Position numbers and translations under genes: made by a program. The notes under the pieces are model-generated. The model was not told where the DNA came from, made no database searches, and saw only the letters and a list, made by a program, of their open reading frames with translations. Shown here piece by piece: positions 33,978 to 41,380 of a stretch of DNA of 41,380 bases (position 1 is the stretch's first letter; every line of letters begins with the position of its first letter). The stretch covers positions 1 through 41,380 of the IMG/VR virus record IMGVR_UViG_3300009514_000007. One strand, 5' to 3'. This DNA comes from a virus.

Positions 33978-36412
33978 TGCCTACTAAGAATCCATTTGAG
34001 GGGATGGACAACCTCACTGACGGCCAGATTTGGCGGGATCAGCACGCCAAGCGCACGACGGATGCGAATAATCCGACCAAAGCGGGGGCGCAGTACGCCT
34101 TGGGTGTCGCTCGTGTGACGCAGGTGGACTACAACCTGCACACGGTCACGCTGATGGTCCTCACGGGTGACGAGGACTACATGATGCGGGCTCCGATCCC
34201 CATCACGTACCCTGGAGGCGGCCCTCGGCATTTCCTTGGGGCCATGCCCACCTGCGGATCGCACTGTGTCGTCGGCTATTTCCCGACGCTCCCGAGCCGC
34301 AAGCCCGTGGTGCTCGCTTGGAACATCGGGAACCCCTGGCTCGGTCAGGATTGGGTGCCCACGCAGTCCCACCTCCCGACCGAATTCGATATGAGCCCTC
34401 GGCGTCGAGCCGAGCTTGAGGGCGTTGCCCATCGTGAGCGGCACAAGCTCCGGCACATGCTGCCGGGCAACATCGTGGCCTCGTCCGCCCAAGGTGCGGA
34501 CCTGCACTTGGACGAAAGCGCGACGCTCATGGATCGTCGTGGGGACGAGATCCGCTTGCGCGATCAGGACTCCGCGATGGTGTTCAAATCGCTCCAGCAG
34601 TTCCATGCGACGGGCGGGACACGCCAGTACATCGGCATGGTACAGCGGGACGCGACATTCCTGCTCACGTCGATGGTGGCCGATGGGCTTTCGTGGGACA
34701 GCCTCAACCAGCGTGCGGGCGGGGTGCCTTTGGGGCCGGACCAGTTTGGAGAATCCGCGCAGCGACCCAATGGAGTCCTGACCCCTCACCAAGCGTTGTT
34801 CCGATCGGACCCGACTGTTCCCTTCCCCAATTCGGGCCTGATTTTGGAGGATAGCCTTGACCCTTATTCGTTCCTCAAGCGAGGGCTATTCATCGGGGAC
34901 GACGGGTTCGTACTCGACCCCGGCCTCACGACCTCGGAGGCCGAGTACAACGGCAAGCCAATCTTCCGTGTTTCGATCGATCCGAACCCAAGCTCGCCGG
35001 AGAACCTGCCGACCAATGCAGCGGTAGCGAGCGGGGTCGAATCCGAAACCCTTGTAGAGCACCGCATCGAGATCAACCATACGTGGGACGGCACGATGCC
35101 CGTCACCGAACAGACGGACGGTTTCGATGCGGATCGTCTGCCTGACGGTGGGGGAGAGACAGGTGACGTGCTCGGCGGAGGCGACAAGCCCTTCATCGAG
35201 TGGGTGCTCGGCAGTGTCGTGGGCAACGACCCCTTCTCGGAGACTGGCCGCCCTCTGTATGCCAAGCCGATCGTCCCGCAAATCACGGCCGAGGACGGAT
35301 CTGTTTCTCCGGTTCTCAGATCCGGCGTAGCCGAGGATATGAATACCCACGCGGCGACGATGTTCCGCCTGGAGCCTCCGCTGCGTTCCAATTTCCAGCC
35401 CTCGTGGCACTCTTTCACGAAAGATGGTCGGTTCAAATCGTTCGTATCTGGCCCCTCGGACCAGAACAGCATCGAGGTAGCGACCTCGGGAGGCATTCTG
35501 GTCAAAGCGGGAGGCGCGATCGACCTTCGCACGGGATCCCCGCTCAAGATCACGGCCCCCTCTGGCGACGACCAGGAGAATTTCGGCTTTTGCTTCGATT
35601 CCCCCACGGGGGCTATCTGCCTCACAGCGGGCGCAGCGACCACGAGGGGCAGCTTCACGGCTCGGACCAACCCAGACGCCCTGGATGAACTACAGCTACC
35701 AGGGCTGCTCCTAGAGGCTCCTACGACGAGCGCGTGGCTGACGGCTGGACGCACGGTGATGATCGCGGCTGGCGATCAGATCCAATTGGCGAACAGCAAC
35801 GAGGTCAAGATTACGCCTCGGAACAACCTCTCGATGGTGTCGGACAAGTTGTCGGTGCAGTGCTCGGTGATCGATAAGACGGTCACGAGTAAGGAAACGA
35901 CGCTCTACTCCGGCCCCAAGAATTTCCTGCCGACGAATCTCCCGCTCCGCCAGACCACATTCGCGGGAACGCCGCTGACGGGTCACGTTGGCGGGGACAC
36001 CGATGTCTACAAGATGCTGCTCGGTAACCGGGTCGAAACGATCGTGCTCGGCGGTCACACGACGCGCGTGGTCGTCGGCAACATGGAGTACAGCACTGGA
36101 ATTGGCACGCACACGACGCGAGCCGGGACGAACCAAACGATCATTGACCCCGCCGCTGGCATGACGACCACGGTGCCCACGGGTAGCATCACCATGACGG
36201 CGAATCTCGCCGCAACCTTCCGGGGCACGGCCTCGGTAACTGTTAGCTCGACAGGGCCAGCGACGGTTAGTGGTAAGCCTGTAACCCTCGCAGCCACCGG
36301 CAAGGTGGGTCTGATTATGTCGAGTGTCGATCTCGATCCGCTTACCAACCTTCCCTACTCAACTTTCGGATCCGGTTCTCCGGGTCATTTCCTCGGACCT
36401 CCGCTTCCGTAA
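33977..36412 (+). CDS. Baseplate central spike (gp5/gpV/VgrG-like, 811 aa)
   Basis: TGATG coupling. N-terminal OB-fold-like segment (ARVTQVDY..HTVTL...GAMPTCGSHCVVGY) and a C-terminal Thr/Gly/Val-rich beta-strand repeat region. Follows the hub. Confidence 0.65.
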   Translation: MPTKNPFEGMDNLTDGQIWRDQHAKRTTDANNPTKAGAQYALGVARVTQVDYNLHTVTLMVLTGDEDYMMRAPIPITYPGGGPRHFLGAMPTCGSHCVVGYFPTLPSRKPVVLAWNIGNPWLGQDWVPTQSHLPTEFDMSPRRRAELEGVAHRERHKLRHMLPGNIVASSAQGADLHLDESATLMDRRGDEIRLRDQDSAMVFKSLQQFHATGGTRQYIGMVQRDATFLLTSMVADGLSWDSLNQRAGGVPLGPDQFGESAQRPNGVLTPHQALFRSDPTVPFPNSGLILEDSLDPYSFLKRGLFIGDDGFVLDPGLTTSEAEYNGKPIFRVSIDPNPSSPENLPTNAAVASGVESETLVEHRIEINHTWDGTMPVTEQTDGFDADRLPDGGGETGDVLGGGDKPFIEWVLGSVVGNDPFSETGRPLYAKPIVPQITAEDGSVSPVLRSGVAEDMNTHAATMFRLEPPLRSNFQPSWHSFTKDGRFKSFVSGPSDQNSIEVATSGGILVKAGGAIDLRTGSPLKITAPSGDDQENFGFCFDSPTGAICLTAGAATTRGSFTARTNPDALDELQLPGLLLEAPTTSAWLTAGRTVMIAAGDQIQLANSNEVKITPRNNLSMVSDKLSVQCSVIDKTVTSKETTLYSGPKNFLPTNLPLRQTTFAGTPLTGHVGGDTDVYKMLLGNRVETIVLGGHTTRVVVGNMEYSTGIGTHTTRAGTNQTIIDPAAGMTTTVPTGSITMTANLAATFRGTASVTVSSTGPATVSGKPVTLAATGKVGLIMSSVDLDPLTNLPYSTFGSGSPGHFLGPPLP

Positions 36413-37005
36413 TGGCTGTCACCCAACCAGCAATCCTCGCCTCACTGATGGCGGTAAGTCAGGCCACCATGCCGGGCTCGCAGACGTTTCCTCGGATCGC
36501 GCAAGCGGTTTCGACTGCGATCGTCAAGTGGCTTCCCACTGTGACGGTGAACGGCGTCACAGCCGGGACGGCGGGCGCCGGAACGGTCCAGGGGAAGATG
36601 ATCTTCGTTCCGGCCGGGCAGATTCAAGGTGGCTTGGCCTCCGCTGGCTTTGTAGGGCCGACCGCGCCCATGCTGGCGACGACGATCCAGAATGGGATCA
36701 ACGCTTCGGTAGGTACCGCGACTCAATACGCGGGCACCTCGGCGGGGGTGTCGGCGGGAACGGACGTGAGCAAGGTGTCTCGTTCCTCACCGGGAGCCAT
36801 CGCGGCACCGGGCACTCTTGCGTTCCATCTCTACATCAGTCTCACGGGCCTGCTCGTGACGGGCTTGAAAACTGCCCAACTGGCTCAAGGAATCGCCAAC
36901 GGAATTGCCCTCTACGTGGCGACCGGCACTGGCGTCGGTGGTGTGGTCCCTGTAACCCCGGCCCCTGCTTCGGCAGCGGGCACCAGCATTTCGGTGATGT
37001 TCTGA
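36412..37005 (+). CDS. Gly/Ala/Thr-rich virion protein, possibly spike-associated (197 aa)
   Basis: TAATG coupling to the spike gene. Repeated IAxAI/IxxGI helices. Confidence 0.6.
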   Translation: MAVTQPAILASLMAVSQATMPGSQTFPRIAQAVSTAIVKWLPTVTVNGVTAGTAGAGTVQGKMIFVPAGQIQGGLASAGFVGPTAPMLATTIQNGINASVGTATQYAGTSAGVSAGTDVSKVSRSSPGAIAAPGTLAFHLYISLTGLLVTGLKTAQLAQGIANGIALYVATGTGVGGVVPVTPAPASAAGTSISVMF

Positions 37006-37006
37006 A

Positions 37007-40000
37007 ATGGGTTTTGATCTCTCAGGATTTGTCCTTCGGGCGCCTCGGACAGCGACAGCCAATGCGCTGACTACGGACGAGGCTGTTGGCGGGGTTTCGC
37101 GTGATTTCAAGCCCGTGCCCGAGGGCTACTATTTCACGGGTGCCGAGGCCCCTGACCTCGTAGACGTGGCGGCTGAGCAGTACAGGGCTGCCACGCTCCG
37201 TCGCACGCTGGACGGGTCCACGGAATACCTCTTGTGGGCGGCCAATACGTCGAACGTGTGGGTCCGCGAGGGGCTTGCTAAGGACATCAGCAACCCGGAG
37301 TCGGTTGAGGCGGCGGGATCGAAGGCATCGGTTGTACTTGGTGGCTCGGAGAGCGTGTTTGACGACAACGACGGCGAGCCTGTGCTCCGCGAGGATGGCT
37401 CGCTGCGGTTCTCGGTGCGGGAGCCTTCGGGGCAATCGGTCGCTTCGGTGTCGAGCGTCACGATCCGTCGTGGAGACTCGGACGAGGAAATCTCTTTCAC
37501 CTCGGGCGATGTGAATTTCAACGCGGTGTCGGGCGTCGTCACCTTGGACAACCCGGCGAAGATCGGACAGCCGATCCTCGGAGCGGGCACCCTGGCGGGC
37601 GGCATTTCCAAACTCCGGGGAGACTCGATCCGAGAGATCACGGTCACACTCGCGGCTACCCGGTTCTGGTGGTCTAAGAACGACCGTTACGAGACTCGGT
37701 TCCAATGGAACGGCGGGAGTGAGCGGTGGGAGCCCCTGAAAGGCACGGCTCCCCGCAACCTTGGCCGACTCTTGCCGGACGGCGAGTACATCTTGTCGCC
37801 TAACCCCAACGTCGCCATCGGGGAATTCTTGCCCGGCAATAGTGCCGACCCCGACGATTACTCGATGATCCGATTGGGTGTCCGTCCCGACGCCTCGTCG
37901 GTACCAGTCGCCGAGCCCGTTGCCGCTTCGGGCTTCGGAGGGCTCAAGGTTGTCACGGATGGGGAGGTCGAAGCCGAGGATGGGTTCGATTTCGCCAACC
38001 TCGCCCCCGATGCTGCGGGGGTTGTGGCGGCGACGACGGGGCAGATTCAGTGGAACCCGGCCTTCTTGGACGAGTATGCTGGTCAGGTCATTTGGTACAG
38101 CTACCGCAGCTTCTTGACCGACAATACGGTAGAGCCTCTTGGCTCGCTTGAGGGCACCGATGTAGAGCCTCTGTTCCTTGCACCCATCCCCGCAGCAACG
38201 GACTACCCCTTCATCCGTATCGGCAACCGGAACCCGCTGGAGGCGATTCTGGTGGACACCGATGCGTTGCTGTTCATTCGCACGATCGAGGAAGGCCAGG
38301 TCGGCATTTCGCTTTCGACGGGCCGGATGAAATTCAGCGACACCGACATCGCCAAGGCCGACCCCGAGGACCCGACGTTTGACCCGGCGTTTCTTGGGAG
38401 CGTGGTGTTCTACGACGGACTCTCGCTTACGCAGGTGCCGTTGGAGATGCGGGCGCCAATTCGTCTCGTAAACAGCAACGGGAACCCGGCTGACGTAAGC
38501 TCGGACAAAGACCAGAATCTCTATGTGCCTGATGCGGCGCCTTTGCCCGCGCCGGGTATTTCGGGAGTCCAATTCATTCCCGACAAGACGGGGGGTATCC
38601 CCGATCCTGCCATTGCTCCGAGCATCCGGGCGAATGGATCCAACCTCGTGCGGGAGGTCCGAGGGGATTGGGACCTGATCTTGTTCTCAGACGACGGCCG
38701 GGTGTTCCGTAATGTCACCGTCGTAGCTGATCCTGACGACGAGATTCCCCGTTTCGCGTTCCAGATCGACAAGGGTAGGGCCTACCTCGATCTGAACGAG
38801 GGTGCGGGCGGGTCTAAGGTGACGATCGGTAGGGACGACCGGAAACGGTTTACCGGCCAAAAGCTCTGGTTCCGCCAGACCTCAGTACAGCCTGCCATGT
38901 ACGCCAAACAGGCTCGCATGTTCTCGCGGGTGCGTGACTCGTTTGACCTCGTAGGCGACGAGGTGTTCAAGTTTGGGGTCAACGGCGACACCTTCTTGTG
39001 GCGTGCGGCCGACGACAACGGCGGCATCTCGACCTCAGACGGAGGGTCGTTCACCCCCGCCGAGATCGTTACCAGCCTTTCGGCTGTTGCCCCGGCAGGC
39101 GCCATCGCTCTCCGCAGCGGCCGGGTTGTGCTCCAAAGCCCGGACGTGATCAACGGCCTGCACCAAGGCTCGATTGAGATCGGATTTGGGGAGGATGACA
39201 CGGTGGATCTCTCGGGTCCGTCAGCCCTTGGGTTCCTGCCAGGTTGGCGTGTGGCGGTGAGCTTCCCCGGTGAGACCACGGACACGCATTGGATGCCTGA
39301 TAATGGCTCGCATCTTGGGGTGTTCCGCAGCCCGCTCAACCTCGATGGGACCAAGGACATCGCGGACATCCAGCATCGGGGTTCAATTGACGATGTAGCG
39401 TTGACCGAGAACATCCCGGTCAATCCGGTCGTACTGCTCGACAAGACGCCCATCGAGGACGAGCCGGGGTACGACGATGGGGTGTTTTTTCGGCTGGAGG
39501 CCGGGCTTTCGCAAAAGAACCTGGAGCACTACGACGACGTGCTGCACCAGTTCGGCGAGGGCAAGTTCACCTGGATTTCGCGTGACACTACCTTTTCGAT
39601 CATCGAGCAGGCGGTCATGGACCTGGCGCTTGACCAGCAGCAGGCCGTGCCCAACTCGTTCCGCCTTCCGAGCAACGGTCTTTTCGTCTCGGAAACAGGT
39701 GGGCCGATGGTTGAGCAGACGCTCAACACCGATTTCCTTCTCCCATTCGGCGGTGCTCCCGGCACTGCCCGGCTGATTGAAACGATCGGCAAGCGGGTGG
39801 CGATCGGGGCACGGGGCTTTTTCTCGTCTGGGTCCTCCACGTTCACCGACGACTCGCCTGACGTGGATTTCGTGGTGCTCGGGGTGACCAAAGGCCATCA
39901 GCTAAAGATCACGACGGGCGAGGGCGTGGGCACGTACATCGTGACCGCTGACGCGACGGACCCAAAGAAGCTGGAGGTTGAGCCGCCTTTCGCTGTCACG

Positions 40001-41380
40001 GATAGCACGGTGTCGTGGGAGCTTTTCTTTGGGGTGGACAAGGATACGAATGACCTTGCCATCGTTGCCTCTGAGATTTTCACCGAGTTCAACCACTTGC
40101 AGGACGAGCCGTTCAAGATCAGGGTGCTGTCCACCCTTGGGGACCTCCCTGCAACGGCAGCCGATCAAGCAGCTAACCGATTTGAGGCTGTGCTTGGCGA
40201 CGCCCTTGCGAACGGGCGTCCGATCAACATCCGGTTCGGCCTCCCCAACGCGAGCCCCACGGCTACGCTCGTCCGCCTCACGCAGAGTTTCCTTGGGACC
40301 ATCGTCAATTCGGCGCTGGAGGTTCCAAATCCCGCCTCAGAGCGGTTCGCCAATGAAGCATTCTCGATCAAGCTCGGGACCAAGACCTATACGTTCGCAG
40401 ACGGCAATCTGGTCAAGGTGCCAGGCGTGCTCACGCTTGGCCTTGCAGGTGACGTGATCGAGGTCCAAGACGGTTCGGGTCTGCTCAACTTTGGCGCGGA
40501 GGTATTCGCTCAATTCCCCGGTACGGAGGTCTACTACGTCGAGGAGTTCAATGACCCCGATACCAGCCCCACGGAGCTTCCCGAAGGTACTGCCGAGTAC
40601 CGCATCTCGGACGGGGCGCTGAATTTTAGTGCTGCTGACATGGCGCAGTACGGGGGCATGGCGGTTTATCTCGTAGAGCAGATGATCACGGAAGCGGGGT
40701 TGGACGTGTCGCTCAACCCGATCGGGGGCAGCTTCTTGTTCACCAAGCCGCTCCGCGAACAGCAAGTGGTTGAGGTCGAGTATTTCCAGGCTGAGCAAGG
40801 CACGGGGGATCTCGTGCTCGTCCCGCCCGACGACGATGTGCTCGTACTCCAGGGCCAAGGCGCGCCTGCCGGAGTCCCGGTCAAGGTGATCGAATTCTTG
40901 CCTTTGTTCACCCGCCTGGAGGACGCGACTAAGCCAGTTATCCCACCAGACAGCATCGTGCCCGCGAGCTTCCCGAGAACGTGGCTGTTCAACCCGACTG
41001 AGCGCACCGTGCGGAGCGACATCGAGCCGCAGGTGTTCGTCAACAACAACTTGTGCAACGCGGGTGGGTCGGCCTCTCCGATCTGCACGTTTGACTACGA
41101 GAACGGGAAGATTCTGTTTGAGGAATCGCAACCGGACGACGCGGTGGTGCAGATCACCTATGCCGTGCAAGAGTCCTTTGGTGGAGAGGCGTCTTACACT
41201 GTCTCGACACCCCCGGTGTACCGGCCACCGTTTTTCATCGAGGACGAGACAGACAAATTCACCTTGGAGGGCGACCGTACCGGGGACGTGTTTGCAGGCA
41301 AGCTCCTACGTGTTGGCCCATCGCCGTTCTACATCGTGGACTCGACCTTCGACGGTGAGAATACGGAGGTCGAATTCTTC
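37007..41380 (+). CDS. Giant baseplate/tail-associated virion protein, partial (>1458 aa, continues past the window)
   Basis: ATG 37007 (MGFDLSGFVLRAPRTATAN...). The first and last codons of this frame read as coding. The track lists no closed ORF in this frame, which implies no stop before the window end. Acidic, beta-rich sequence. Confidence 0.8.
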   Translation, partial: MGFDLSGFVLRAPRTATANALTTDEAVGGVSRDFKPVPEGYYFTGAEAPDLVDVAAEQYRAATLRRTLDGSTEYLLWAANTSNVWVREGLAKDISNPESVEAAGSKASVVLGGSESVFDDNDGEPVLREDGSLRFSVREPSGQSVASVSSVTIRRGDSDEEISFTSGDVNFNAVSGVVTLDNPAKIGQPILGAGTLAGGISKLRGDSIREITVTLAATRFWWSKNDRYETRFQWNGGSERWEPLKGTAPRNLGRLLPDGEYILSPNPNVAIGEFLPGNSADPDDYSMIRLGVRPDASSVPVAEPVAASGFGGLKVVTDGEVEAEDGFDFANLAPDAAGVVAATTGQIQWNPAFLDEYAGQVIWYSYRSFLTDNTVEPLGSLEGTDVEPLFLAPIPAATDYPFIRIGNRNPLEAILVDTDALLFIRTIEEGQVGISLSTGRMKFSDTDIAKADPEDPTFDPAFLGSVVFYDGLSLTQVPLEMRAPIRLVNSNGNPADVSSDKDQNLYVPDAAPLPAPGISGVQFIPDKTGGIPDPAIAPSIRANGSNLVREVRGDWDLILFSDDGRVFRNVTVVADPDDEIPRFAFQIDKGRAYLDLNEGAGGSKVTIGRDDRKRFTGQKLWFRQTSVQPAMYAKQARMFSRVRDSFDLVGDEVFKFGVNGDTFLWRAADDNGGISTSDGGSFTPAEIVTSLSAVAPAGAIALRSGRVVLQSPDVINGLHQGSIEIGFGEDDTVDLSGPSALGFLPGWRVAVSFPGETTDTHWMPDNGSHLGVFRSPLNLDGTKDIADIQHRGSIDDVALTENIPVNPVVLLDKTPIEDEPGYDDGVFFRLEAGLSQKNLEHYDDVLHQFGEGKFTWISRDTTFSIIEQAVMDLALDQQQAVPNSFRLPSNGLFVSETGGPMVEQTLNTDFLLPFGGAPGTARLIETIGKRVAIGARGFFSSGSSTFTDDSPDVDFVVLGVTKGHQLKITTGEGVGTYIVTADATDPKKLEVEPPFAVTDSTVSWELFFGVDKDTNDLAIVASEIFTEFNHLQDEPFKIRVLSTLGDLPATAADQAANRFEAVLGDALANGRPINIRFGLPNASPTATLVRLTQSFLGTIVNSALEVPNPASERFANEAFSIKLGTKTYTFADGNLVKVPGVLTLGLAGDVIEVQDGSGLLNFGAEVFAQFPGTEVYYVEEFNDPDTSPTELPEGTAEYRISDGALNFSAADMAQYGGMAVYLVEQMITEAGLDVSLNPIGGSFLFTKPLREQQVVEVEYFQAEQGTGDLVLVPPDDDVLVLQGQGAPAGVPVKVIEFLPLFTRLEDATKPVIPPDSIVPASFPRTWLFNPTERTVRSDIEPQVFVNNNLCNAGGSASPICTFDYENGKILFEESQPDDAVVQITYAVQESFGGEASYTVSTPPVYRPPFFIEDETDKFTLEGDRTGDVFAGKLLRVGPSPFYIVDSTFDGENTEVEFF

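Noticed and set aside
1-41380. Interpretation as a headless extracellular contractile injection system or T6SS
   Set aside because: Neck/head-joining-like genes, phage-type accessory genes and phage-style promoter motifs favour a phage, and no T6SS membrane complex or Afp15-like AAA ATPase was seen. It is not formally excluded because capsid and terminase genes are not in the window.

Overview
A GC-rich, densely coding segment that reads as the neck/tail morphogenesis region of a very large (jumbo-like) contractile-tailed phage. Assignments rest on motif recognition and gene order only; no database searches were run. On the + strand the order is: two tandem paralogous virion/decoration-like genes, a DUF5659-like protein, putative head-tail adaptor, head-closure and HK97 gp10-like neck genes, an actin-fold (MreB/MamK-like) ATPase, a tail terminator-like gene, an FmdB-like zinc ribbon, an unusually large tail sheath (~1773 aa), tail tube, two probable tail chaperones, tape measure, two tube-initiator-like paralogs, a 1922-aa baseplate hub with a lysozyme-like insert, a spike protein, and a giant ORF (>1458 aa) running off the window end. 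Three small accessory genes lie on the - strand. No capsid, portal or terminase gene is recognisable in the window. Most notable observations: (1) an actin homolog embedded in the neck gene cluster; (2) two adjacent genes that appear to start at AUC behind GGAGG Shine-Dalgarno sites with identical 8-nt spacing; (3) two distinct promoter-like motifs, TAGKCCSCCTATA before + strand blocks and GGTTTC-N14-CGTCGT before - strand accessory genes; (4) structured ~230-250 nt leaders sharing cUUCGg hairpins and GATGGAC; (5) a recurring RVAxR[YH] peptide in unrelated small proteins; (6) domains shared between the sheath, a neck protein and a decoration-like protein.
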